Assembly (NCBI GenBank): GCA_009103225.1
Contig: RHPI01002823.1
Location: 319,104 to 383,103, forward strand
Origin: Chlorokybus atmophyticus
Taxonomy: Eukaryota > Plantae > Mesostigma and Chlorokybus algae
Length of the DNA: 64,000 bases
Reading direction: 5' to 3'
In this document: piece by piece, positions 25,255 to 43,049 of the stretch
How positions within the stretch are numbered: position 1 is the first letter of the stretch
How the letters are laid out: each line of letters begins with the position of its first letter
The notes under the pieces: model-generated
Database searches by the model: none
Told to the model about the DNA's origin: nothing
What the model saw: the letters and a program-made list of their open reading frames with translations, nothing else
Made by a program: the position numbers and the translations under genes

Positions 25255-27241
25255 ATGGAGGACGGGCGAGCTATCCGTGTGGTGGCCTGCCTGTCCACTG
25301 GCTCACCACTTGCCATCAGCAACGAGGACGGCGGCGCCAAGCTGCTGGCCCAGATGGCACGGCAGCCAGCTGGAAGGAAAGGCGGAGGTAAAGTGGGAAG
25401 GCCCAAGAAGAACAAGGATTACGCCAGGCAGGCGCTGCACGATGTCAGTAACGCTGAAGTGGCTGAATGCACGTATCCAGCGCAAAGCACAGGAAGCATG
25501 AAAGAGAAAGCCGCCAGCATGCAGGCAGGCGGCATAATTGATGAGCATTCACGCATGTGTGCACTTGTTTTGACACATCACAGGACGTCCTCCCACACAT
25601 GCGCACTCGCATTTGCACACAAGCAGTCAGCTGATCGGGTTGCAAGCTTGTAAAACCAAATCAAACCTGGCAGAGGGTGTGGAGCTGTGCGTGCAACTGG
25701 TTATCTAATCTTAGCAGTTAGTATTGGCACCATCTCTGAGCAGGATTGTGTGCCAGGAGAATGCTCGGCCGAGGTGTATGCGTTCACAACAAGAAGCTCA
25801 GCACCGCTATCAGCCTGGGGTTTCTGCCAGAGGGCTGCCGCTTCAACGCAAGAAAAGTTGATGGCGTCGAGGAGTGCTTTATCATGCGGATGCAGACCAA
25901 TGGCCAACTGCTACCTTGCCGCATGGACGAGACAACCATCAAGCCCTGCACCTTCCCAGCACTGTGCTGGGAAGGTGCAGGGCACTGTTGGGCAACACCG
26001 CGAGACACACATCACCCTCCATCGCAACAAAGCAGCAGATGTCTTTATTCCAGAGCCCTATGGCAGCTGGACCAGCCTCTCAGAACTCTTTGACAAGTGG
26101 TGAGCATTGGGTAGGTTGCATACTCTGTCACACACTCACAGGTGCGTCAAGGCAACGCACTGTTGTAACCAACAATGTGTCGGTGTGCTTGTGTCAGTGA
26201 TCCAGAGGCCGGGACTGAGAACGAAGCAGCCCAACGACTCTGCGAAGAGCTGGAGGATTTACATGTGGACACCAAGTTGCATGCAGAACGAGATGTGCCA
26301 CCACAACAAGTACCACTATCATCATCACCACCACCACCACCACCACCACAACAACAACAACAACAGGAACAGGAACAGGAACAGGAGCAGCCACAGCCAT
26401 AGCAACATCAGCAGCTGTGGCTGCCATCGTCGCAACAATCACCAAAACAACAACCACAGCACGAACAACAACAGCCACGGAGGAGGAGAAGGAGGGCGCA
26501 ACTGCTCGTCCTTGCCACCAGGTACAGGTGCTTACTTTATCACCTTTTAGAAATCTGCTCTCCTCTGCGTAGCAAGGGCTGTCGCAAGCACCAGTGGTAA
26601 TGCTTGTGCTTGCTGCAGCAGAGGGATATGGAACTTTAAAGGCGCCTGGAGCAAAAAGTTCTTAACTTGAGAAGGCAGGAGGAAGAGGTCAGCGGGGCTT
26701 GGCATGGATGCACACATGCACATAATGTGCCATCTTGTCTCACACGCATGTAATGGGCAGAAGGTCAGCAAAGCGCTGCAAGCCAATCCAGTACGGCGTC
26801 GTGTGCAGAGCACACTGACAGTTCTGCACGAACGACTGACAGCATAGCAGACAGAGGTGATAGATGCATTTCAGATAGACGAAATCTTCCTCCCTTTGGC
26901 TGAAATGCTTCGAAGTCTTGAAGTGCCAGTTGGAGGCGGTCGACACCCCTCTGTGAAGCAGGTAGGCTGCTGATGTGCAAGTAGTGTGCTCTTGTAGACA
27001 ATCATTGTGCACACCACCACTCATCTTGCCCCATGCATTGGGGTGGTCAAGTACTCACAATCCGCTGTCGCAGGTGCAGGCCGCACACAAGCGCGCCCGA
27101 TGTAAATTCCATCCTGACAACTACATGAACAAGCCTCTACAAGAGCGGGTGGAAGCGGAGGAGGTTTTCAAGTTCATCGGCGTGCAGTTCTCTGAGTACA
27201 AACTATTGTTCTCAGACTTTCTTGGCCTAGTGGTTGCTTAA
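25255..27241 (+). pseudogene. Plant-type C-terminal J-domain protein gene with two in-frame TAG codons
   Basis: Terminal exons give LAEMLRSLEVPVGGGRHPSVKQ|VQAAHKRARCKFHPDNY...RVEAEEVFKFIG (HPD J-domain). Upstream are a GRPKK motif, a globular segment and a polyP/polyQ tract. In-frame TAG at 26400-26402 and 26845-26847. 5' exon boundaries are uncertain. Confidence 0.7.
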
Positions 27242-30200
27242 CTCCTGAGCAGGTGGCGCATTGTGGAGAGTCTGCTGTTGTTGTAGATGCGATAAAGCAG
27301 TAGTTCAAGCGAAGGAGCACATACACATGTGACTGGTCCAGAGCCTCTATCACATAAAGTAAAATGTGCGAGACTTTTGCAGCGCTAGCAGGTGGCACCA
27401 GTGCATCTGTAGTGTTGGCTACATGCCCAGCTGAGTTTCATATATTGATCACATGCAAGTTGGTCGACTGAGCCAAAATGCCTTGCATAGACCAAGACTA
27501 TGAAATACGCTGTCTTGTTGTGGCTAGCAGTGCTTGCAAGCCATGGCAGGCTTAACTTGCAAGGGTGATGTTGCGCGTGGCACCGTACACGTGGCTTACT
27601 GACAACAGGCCACATCAAAACCTTCCACCCACCCCACCAGTGCCTGGGCGCAGACGCCCTCATGCTGGCACGAACACGCGTGCAAGCAGCTTTGTCTGAG
27701 TAGCGTGCACGTGCGCACACGCATACACGCTCTCATTTTGCATAACTTTCTGTGCGTGCACACGTGTGAAGGAAGAATACAAATGCGAGTGCCTACGTGA
27801 GTGTATACGTGCATGCGTGTACACAGGCGAGAGGGGAGGGAGGGTAGTGGGGCTGTGCTGGTCCACGCAACATGTGCACAAACACGCGCATACACACCAG
27901 GGTAGCAGCGCTCAGCAGTGCCTCTTTTCCTCCTTTCACGCATACATGCACCAGTGGGCAAATGAGTGGCGACGGCCAGGGTCTAAGTCGTCGCCATCGA
28001 TGTCCGCATCGTGCATGCCAATGCCTTGCAAGGACGGACCTGACCTCTCCTATGCCCTCTCCCTCTACGCTCTGCAGGTTGTTCGACTTGCATGCTAGCT
28101 GCCTGCCTGCTGCCTGCTATCTCTCCTATCCTTTGAGGGTTTAGTTGTGTAGCACGGTGTTTGGTTACTGTCTTGGTTGTCCTAGCTCTACCTCGGCCCC
28201 CACGTAATCTATGCTTGTGTGCTTGGCGCGCTTACACATTTGCCTTGTCCGCATTGTGAGCTTGAACTTTAAGCTTGCTTGTTTAAGCAACTCTACCGTT
28301 GGTTATGCATGCACACAGCATCAGTTCCTACCAGTCCATATTCTTGCAGATAAGCAATAATCTTCACTTCCTAGCCTAGAGCAACACACATCGTTTTTGC
28401 CTACCCAATACACATTAAAACAGGTCCAGCCTAAAACCTGTGCAGTCTTGCAGCATTTTCATTGAACCCAAAGAAGTCATTCGACGGCCAGCACGTGCTT
28501 TCACACTAGGCAACGAGATGGTAGTATTCAGGTAGATGGTTCAGGTAAATGGTTAGGTGCCGCATGCGCGTGTGTGTGCGGTCACAGCTGCTGCTGCTGG
28601 TGGCATCAGCTGAGATTGAAACCCTGCGCGTTAACTGTAAGCACGTGCGCGTGAGATACGCGCATCAACCAGGGCGCATGGGTGCGCACGTGCTCACCAG
28701 CTTCTGCCCCACACATGTGCCCATGCAATGAACCGACACACGAGTTGCTCCATACGGTTTCATTGAAAGCCACAACACGCTGAGAGAGTCTTGCTGGAAC
28801 ACTGTGACACTCAACAACGCAAAGCCATCACTGCACTTGATCGCAGGACATAAACAAGCTATGAAACAGCAAGTCAAGTCATGCAGTACTAAACAGCACC
28901 TAGTTAAGCCCTCTGCTGTAAGCATGGCTCATAACTCGTAATGCACGTGGTTCGGCTTTGGCTATCCATCCCTTATCACGTCAGGGGTCCACGCGCGCCT
29001 GCAGCGTGGTCGACATGCAGCTTGTAAGGTGTTCCTGTTATGCCAGAAACATCAATCCCATATCAGTGCTGGCGACACACCCACGCGGTAATACAGCATG
29101 CTTGCACGTGTGACGCACGCACATACGTGTGGGTGTACACATCTACACCGACACATGCACTCAACACGCGCAACTGCACGTGCAGTGTGGGTGGATGCGT
29201 CTGAACAATCCCATGCGCACTTGCCTCTCGCCCAGATAGTCCCAACGCTCAGCCAGCGCCCGTGCCCCGCCTCCACATCACCCCACGCCACCCACACTCT
29301 CCTCCACCCCTCCTCCTCCTCCTCCCTCCTCACGCTACACACGGCATGGTCCCCCCCGCCCCCACCCCTCCCTTCTCCCCTCCCCTCGTCCTCCTCTTGT
29401 CCCGTCCCTCCGTCTCCCTCGCCACGTACGCCGCGGGCAGCTCGGGACGCGACTGCGACTGCGCCGCCGTGTCGGACAGAGAGCGCAACTCGTCGGACTC
29501 AGGGGAGGGGCTGCCGGCGGGGGTGGGGAAGATCGGGTTGCCCGCGGCGTCGAGGGCAGGGATGCGGTCCACGTCTTTTGTCATCACGAAGGGAGGTTGG
29601 GGCTGTCGCAACACGAGCTCTGTATGGGCTGGGGAGGGTGTCAGTGTTTGCTTGTGGTGCAGAAACGGTGGGACGATGCGGCAGTTGCGAATGCTGCGCA
29701 TGCATGTTAGGATTCCAGCTTCTTGCTAACACTCTAGTGGCGACCTTATGTGCGGTGTCATCACTTGGCAGCTAATTGTTGATCAACTGATAACATCAGT
29801 GCCTGCCCATGCACATGGACGAGGCACAATATGCCAAGCTTTGTCGTTCACTTTGAAACAACAAAGCCAATATCAACACCAGAGCTGGCAGCGACACGGT
29901 AGGCTGCAGCTCTATCCGTGCGCGGCTTAGAGTCCCAGACGACAACAACATGGTTATATGAACGCACACAACTACTGCGCTAGCCACGACGCCCATGCAA
30001 CAATCGTTGAGACGTGCATGCATTCCTATCTTGCGGAAGGTCAGGAACCTCCACCCTCATGCCCTGTTGCAGCGGACCAGCTCACCCACCTCGCAGCAAC
30101 CCGCAGAAGCTTCAAGCTCCAACATAAAAACACGCGCATGGAGGCGGCGATACGGTACACGTATTCATGCACACCGGCAGCATATGGCGCACGCACCTTG

Positions 30201-30869
30201 GGCAGCCCGCCTGGCTGGGCTGGCTGGTTCGTGCGCTTGCTTGTCGCAGTGCTGCGATTGCGTGCTGTTCTCACGCCGTTACGCTGAGTGACGCGAAGAA
30301 GAAGGCGACGGCGAGAACGCGGAGTGCGGGGATCGGGAGAACCGGTTCGATCGACTCCCGAATGGAGATCGGCGTCGGGTGGACACGTCGCCCGTCCCTC
30401 GGCAAGGGTGTGTCAGATACGGCGGCTGCCGACGTGGACGGGGCCAGGACTCCGCGCCGAAGTCGTCAGCATGCATGGGGCAGGCTGCCTCAAATTGAGA
30501 TCCTCAATAGGTCGATGGCAGCATCAATGACTCATTGATAACGAGGCAGGCTTGAACGTGTGTCTGGCACAGACCAGTGAGACAGTGTGGCACAGACTCT
30601 TTGGCCAAGCGGGTGTCGCATCATAAAAGCATTTTTGGTCTTTTGTAGTTCATGCACGCTAGGCCTACTGACACAGTGCGGTGCAATCCGCCCCGGCCCG
30701 CAGACGTGCCCTCCTTCACCCGCCTGGCCCAACTTATAGTTGCTTACACTCGACCCGACCCCATGGTCAGCGATAGTGTCAGCATCGGTGCCATCCGCAT
30801 TGTCGACAGTGTGCTGTGCCGCATTTCCACACTCCTTGCCCCCTGTCTGTGTTTGGCGTGACCAGCAAT

Positions 30870-31852
<983 letters not shown>

Positions 31853-32988
31853 GGGTGGTGATGCAGTTCGAGTACGAGTGTGCGCTTTGCAGAGTAGTAC
31901 GCCAAGTTTTGAGGCCGTTTTTTGGTTGCAATGTACACGCGCACGCGCGCGTACAAACTGTATCTGTATATATGCGGAAGGTTGAGTAGGAACAGGAGTG
32001 GTGTCTGGGTCGTGAAGATCATGACGACCAATATTGTAGTCACACATACACACGTTTGGTGAAGTTGGATTGCCACCTGTTGGTCCCTGATGCTTGGCAG
32101 TGAATGTGCTACAATGTGTCAGTGGCTCTTTGACAGTGACAGGCCCTTCACCAAGCAGTCTACACTCCTGTATTGACAATTGCTGCTCTATTGCGGTTGT
32201 TGCTATGTACTACTGAAGCATGCATGTCATGCCAACACATACACGCCAAACAGGGTACACACCAGCCAGTTGGCAGTTCGTATAAAACATACAGGTTGCT
32301 GTTGACAGGGTGTGGGAGCTCTGATCTTGCACGTGACTTTCCATCCATTTCATACACGATGGAGAAACCAAGTAACAACAACCTCATCTTGGCTCTCAGC
32401 TGTTCTATTGCGCACTGCTGTTAGAACCATGGCATATAAGTTGCCATGGTTCTAATACAACCAACTCAACCGCCAGCGCTGACTGCTGATTGTGAGTTGG
32501 TTGTAGCAGAAACTTGCGCCTCGCATGCGTCATGACACGTGATTTGAGTTGACATACAAGCACACTCGCGCACACATATGCACGCGCTCGCACACACGCA
32601 TGTCCACTGATGTCCGCAGTGTCACAATGCATTTACTCACAAGTCCACAAGCACGACTGTTGTATATAACGCACACCACACGTGTGCACCATGTGGCTCG
32701 GTTGAGTACCATTATGTATCACTACGTTGCGTTGTGTCTGAACTTGTGACGTAATGTGGGTTTATGTGGCACTTTGCCGGCTTCTTGGCATGCGACTCTG
32801 TCGGATGGCATGGCTGATGCGGTGAGTGCTAAGGTAGGTAGTCGCGGGCGTTTCTGGTGTGCGTGCGCATCTGTTGTTGTGGCACTGGAATTTTGCTGTT
32901 GCTGTTGTTGTGGCCTCAAAGCCTCCCAGAAGCAAATCTCGCACGTCGCGGTGCAACCGTCCAGTACGGGCATCCGTAGAGTCGTTCG

Positions 32989-33019
<31 letters not shown>

Positions 33020-33963
33020 ATGCGCATGCTTGTGTCTCTATGCGTGGGTCCAAGCTTGTAAGACCTTTAATCAAAAAGTTTTTTCCAACGTCGCAGCTTA
33101 CTCACCTGCATGTCCTGATGGACATGCAGGTGAGTGAGCTGCGACGTTGGAACATCAGCACACAGTGGAACGCGAGACATTCAGGCACCCCGGCGTCCAC
33201 CGCCTCCAACCCGTTGGACACCGCTGTGAAAGTGGGCCCCATGCGCGAGGGCATTGTCTTGAAGATGCGCCAATTCCCCTGTTATCCTACATACATCACC
33301 TCAGTTACTCAGTCGCACACACACACACGCACGCGCACGAGCACGCGCACATGCACATGCACATGCACGCGCACAACTACATGCGCACAACACACACTTG
33401 TGCGCACATGCATCCGCGAGCACGCTGGCGTGCATGTGTACTTGCACACGCGTACACAGACACCCCCACGTTCACATACGCACACAAGCACACACTACGG
33501 CTTGCTGCCAGGCAAGCTTGCGTGCTGAGCCGGCAGCTGGGACATACAAGCCCCGTGCAAACGCTTCTTGACAAGCAACGTGAAAAGAAGCTTGCTGCTC
33601 AAATCCCGCAAAGAGTTGAACATCACCATGACATGCACACGCACATCGAAGGGGTCGGGACGTCAGATGTTCTTGCTCGACACAATGCACGCACTCGCTG
33701 ATGCACGCACACAGACAGAGCGTGAGAGAGCAGCAGATCGGGAGACAGGTGTAAACAGTTTCGAAGTTGGGGGATTGGGTGTGCAAATTGATGGTAGGAT
33801 GAGCAAACCAACGTTATAATGCAACTGAGTAACACCGCAGCTACACTACCCGCGCACTAAGCGGTTGTTGGGAGGGCAATGCACGGGTATCAGCCAACGG
33901 GCGGGAACTACTTGTACCACACGATTGATGACATTACCACAGCAGTTTCAGCAACTGGTGGTT

Positions 33964-38119
<4,156 letters not shown>

Positions 38120-38959
38120 GGTTGGATGAACCCGGGCACACAGAGGGAGAAAGCAGGCAGGGAGGTTTGCTACACATACAACTGGACTGAAGCGAGGTGC
38201 GCCTGCGCCGTTTGTATACTCAGTTGTACTCTGCTGCTTGGCAAGGCTGCGCAACTTAACGCCGCGTCAAGTTGAGCAGCCCCCCCCCGAGATATAAATA
38301 CTGACAACTGCTGCAAACTAGTAGTGATGTGACAGAGGCCCCCAATGGTGCTGTTGCATTGTGCCGGACATTGTCCTCCAAGTTGTTGTGCGTGAAGCCC
38401 GGGGAGGCTGCTGCCCAGTCCAGCTCCGGTCCGGCCTTCTTGGGTTTGTCGTCCAGCGGGAGCTGGGCGCAGGTCACAACAGTGCCACTGGCAAGGCAGG
38501 CGCGTGTCCAAACCAAGGTGCTGATGCGTTGACAAGGTGGATATACCTACGCATTGACTGGCATGCAATGACCTTGTGGGGTGTGGGCGGACACTGACGC
38601 GTGGCAGACAGTGCCTGCAAGGACAGCATCTCGGCGTTCCAGAAGGAGGCCTACTATAAGTGCCGCGTGCCCAAACGACCGCACTAGAGCCTGCCTGCCT
38701 GCCGCCCAGGGCTGGCTCAACGGCGATGTGACAGCTGCCTCCACCGTCGCTGAGCTGGCCCCTGGCCGCTTCGCAGCAGCCACAGGCCAGCCATGTACGA
38801 CCTCCCTCTCCGTCACATCGCCCGCCCTTGCCAACGTGTACTACACGTAGTAGGTATAATCCGTGTTGACTGGAGGTCTAAAGTGATTAGTCTGTTTACG
38901 AATTTACGAGGTTTACGCACGCTTACAGACACAGATACATACATACAATCGCTCATTAG

Positions 38960-39083
<124 letters not shown>

Positions 39084-41939
39084 ATTCTGCACTTCTGNTA
39101 TTGTAGAGCGTGATATACACTGCTCCATACCATGGAGCGGGAACAAGGGTGTAGAATGAACACAGTTATCAAGCTTGTCTTGGACATTGCTCTATTGACA
39201 TGGAGGTGGCAGGCAAAGAAGGCGGAGGCATCGGTGGTAAGAGCGGCTGTAAGCTTAAGGTGGCGTAGGTGAAGTTGCCTCGCTCAATGCCAGCCTATTG
39301 GAATTCTGTCGCTTGGGGAAGTAAAGCCTTGAGAGAGGAGGGGGGGGGGCGACAAGAAGATAGTCTCCTCTTCCAGCACAGCGCCAAGGTACGATGACGC
39401 ACACATGCACACTTGACTTGTACAATCCCTTATTGTCATGCATGCACATGAGCACACACGCGCACCTGCACATGTGCACAGTCATGCGGACAATGCACGC
39501 ATTGGTGCGTGCACACGCCTGCGTGTACGTGCACACTTCCTCCCTGCGAATACACATTAACCAGCATGCATACGCACACACGCGTGGAGGTGTCCCCAGA
39601 CAACATCAGCACCACCCGGTTGCCGCTGCCAGCAACCGTAGCTGAGCAGGACGGTGTGGACAGCTGCAGCCATTAGAGCGCTCAAGGTAAGAGACACCAT
39701 GTCTTGGGTTCGGTGATGATGTCGCACCACGAATGCACGCATGCAACGCGTTTCAGGCAAATCACAGCGCCTGCATATGCATGGCACCTGTGTTGGCTGT
39801 GTTGTAGCCTAAGGTAGTCAATAACTATAGCATGGCTGCATGTTGAGACCGGTTGTTGTTGTTGTTGCCCCGGTTTCTCAGCCTCGCCACAAGCCTGCAC
39901 GCACGGCACGGTGGGGACACATTCCACCCCGTGTGCACATAACCACCTCACCGCAGCCTCCCGAGCCACACTACCCTTGATAAGAACCAAACATCTCAAC
40001 CTGGTATTTGTTGTTGGTGGTGGTGGTGTTGGTGGTGGTGGTGGTAGGGTTGGGTTGGGTTCGGTTCATGTGTGATGAACGGCAGTGTGATGAGGAAGAG
40101 TGTTCCGCTGTTGCCGGGTGGTGCCAACGGCTTTTTCTGTGTGATTTGGACGGTCCCACCCATAAGCTGGACCAAAGACCGCACTATGCCCAAACCCAAC
40201 CCGCTCCCGCCGTGCGTGCGCGCTATGCTCGCATCCGCCTGGTCAAGAGAGTGTTGAACGTGTATATGTGGAGGGGGGCGTGTGTGACCGCCCGTGTATG
40301 TGCCAACACACCCACACACGCACATACACACACCTGAATATGGTTGTCAAAGACCGCCTCCCACATGTCCTGCGGTATCCCGCACCCCAAGTCTTCCACC
40401 TCAAAGGTGCAGGTGACCACACGTCCACCACCGCGGTGATGTTGCTGTGTCACCACAAGCGGGCCTGTCTGCCCTGTCATGTCCACCACACAGTGCCCAG
40501 CGGATGAGTCCTCCGCAGCATGCGGAGAAAGAGCGGGAAAAGGAGGAGGTGATAGATCCTCCACGACCCTTCCCCTGATGGCCACGTAACCGAAAGGCAT
40601 GAACTTGAGAGCGTTGGGCAACAGGTTGGTAAAAACCTGGGTTGGGGACAAGGGAGAGCATAAGTAAGTGGTGTTATTCACTGTGCGCACACACGCAAAT
40701 GCGCACATGCACACGCGCGAACATGCACACGGACACGCGCACGCAGACACCCACATGCCCCCACCTGCATGACTCTCTTCCTGTCTCCCACGATGACGCG
40801 CGGCAGTGTCGCGTCCATATCCACCACCAGCTGGAAGTCTCTGTCGGGCCGCTTGACCATGCACATGTCGGCCACGTGACAGAGCGCGGCGTGGAGGTCG
40901 AAAGGCAACGCCTCCAGCTTCATCTTCGCGTCCACCAACTTGTCGATGTCGAGGATGGCGTTTAAAACTGAACTGAACTTCTGCACTCCACCCACGCCTA
41001 TGCTGGCCAAGCCCACGCTGACGTCTATCTCACCTCGTCGCCCAACCACACACGCCATATGCCAGCACTCCACAACCACTCAGGTTCACTTCTCAACTTA
41101 GCCGCCACTTAAAGAAACAGGACTCACAGCGCAACAACACAGTCGCCAACTACCACCCGCTCACCGGGCCACCAGGCACAACCCCCTGGCCGCCGTTGCC
41201 TTGGCGCGGACACCATGGTGTAGGCCAAGCGAATTGGCGCCAGCGGGAAAGTAGCCGAGCAAACCCTAATTCCGAGCCACACAGCCCGAAATCAGCTTCT
41301 CAAGACCCGAAGCCGTGGGAAGCCGTGCTAGGCTTAATACTCAATGCATGGCTTCATGCAAACAGTACCTTGGGAGTTGTTCCACGCCTACGCTGGCCAA
41401 CAGTTCCAATGGGCATTGGGCATGCGGGTTTGGAAGGGCGGCGGGCCACAGCTGGTGGTTTGGGCGGCGGTGTGGGCGGCGGGCATTGGGTGGAGTAATT
41501 GGCGAGTCGCTGCCAGCATGGTGGCGATGCGTTGTGCTTGGTCTGTATGACCCCAAGAGCACAGACGCCATCGCCAATAAGCTTGAGCCACAGCCCTAAT
41601 GGCGTCAGCACCCGCTCTCCTACCACCAACCAGCAGGTGTGTAGGGCACCTGATCAAGCTGCTTTCTCGTCTGCTCCCCCTGGCGCTTGCTCGTGTAGCT
41701 TGCTGTCGTAGTGCTCAGTTGCCACTACAAGTGCTAGTCGTCATAGTGCTGTCAGTGCATTGCTGCGCTACACTGACCCACAGACCAATTGCTCATGTAG
41801 CTTGATGGAGTTGCTTCTTCTTGCTATCGTCGTAGTTGCCATTGCTAGCGCTGTGAGTGTTACTTGGTCAGCTGCGCTTGCTGCGCTACACTAACGATTC
41901 GATTACTTGTAATTACAGGCTAGTAAATCAGCTGCTAGA

Positions 41940-42471
41940 ATGCCAAAGAGGGAGGACGTGGAAGGTTGTAAGACGAAGAAAGAGATGCAGAAACTTTGTG
42001 AGGGTTACCTGTTGCACGCAGTGGCACCAAGCTGCGATCGAAGGCTGCTTGCTGATGTGGTAGGGCAGCAGACTCTGGACGCTTACCGTACACCACCTGA
42101 GGCAGCGAGCAGCAGCAGGGTCCGGAACAAGACCCACAATGTCATCAGCTTCGAGGACGACTCGTCCTCGGAGGATGAGGACGAAGACTGTCCACCACTT
42201 GCTGCAAGCAAGTAGGTTCATGTTGCCGTTATTCAGCAGGCTTAATTGAATGTGCATAGCAATTGTCCGCAATTGCTCTTCGCTTGCAGGAAGCTGACAT
42301 TGTCTTCACCACCTGAGGCAGCAAGCAGCAGCAGGGTCCAGAACAAGACCCACATTGTCATCAGCTCCGAGGACGACTCGTCCTCGGAGGATGAGGACGA
42401 AGACTGTCCACCACCTGCTGCAAGCAGTAGGTTCATGTTGTCGTTGTTAAGCAGGCTCATTTGACTGTGCA
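41940..42471 (+). repeat. Gene or TE fragment with a tandem exon-plus-intron duplication (unit about 217 bp)
   Basis: CACCACCTGAGGCAGC...GAGGACGACTCGTCCTCGGAGGATGAGGACGAAGACTGTCCACC...GTAGGTTCATGTTG occurs at about 42091 and about 42308. It is preceded by KTKKEMQKLCEGYLL (weakly SAP-like) and cut off by the gypsy LTR at 42474. Confidence 0.75.
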
Positions 42472-43049
42472 TATGTAACGATACCACTACTTACTTGCTG
42501 GTCGGGGCTTGGCAAACTTATGCACAAGCACTAAGGACTTACAGCGGAAGTCCCACCAGCACCACGGAGCACGGGAAGTTGCAGAAGCGCACCAAGGGAG
42601 GAGAGGATGACCACCAACCTCTCACACAACTCCAGCCCCAGGCACACCCACGCCCAACACACCCACATGCACACACACAACACCCCACCCCACAAGGGAT
42701 GAGGGGGAGAGCCCCTCCAACTACAACCAGGCACCCCACACACAAGTGGCCCTCAAGTGGTGAACACACTCTGATCCCTACTTAAGGTTGCTACTGAGCT
42801 TATATACCACTTGCCACTCTCCCGACCTGGCACACAGCATTTCCAAGGTCCAAGGCCTTGTCACTGTGTGCTGACCTAGCAGCACAAGCTGACTGTGTCC
42901 AACATAGGACCTATCCCATCATCGGGCATCCACCTTGGAATTGACATTGTCAAACACAGGACAAGTCAACCTCGGATTGTTTTTTTTTCCCCAACGCAAA
43001 TAAGAGAAATGTATTAAGAAGAAACATGCAAGAGTTGGAGGCGACAAAA

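Noticed and set aside
5346-26847. Repeated in-frame TAG codons (transposase; two in the J-domain gene, one within polyQ) while the three best genes end in TGA, suggesting TAG=Gln reassignment
   Set aside because: ZIP, COL and ABC1K7 together contain many Gln codons and none is TAA or TAG. In copia A a TAG replaces a conserved Trp (EL*HR). Ordinary C-to-T and G-to-A decay explains the pattern.
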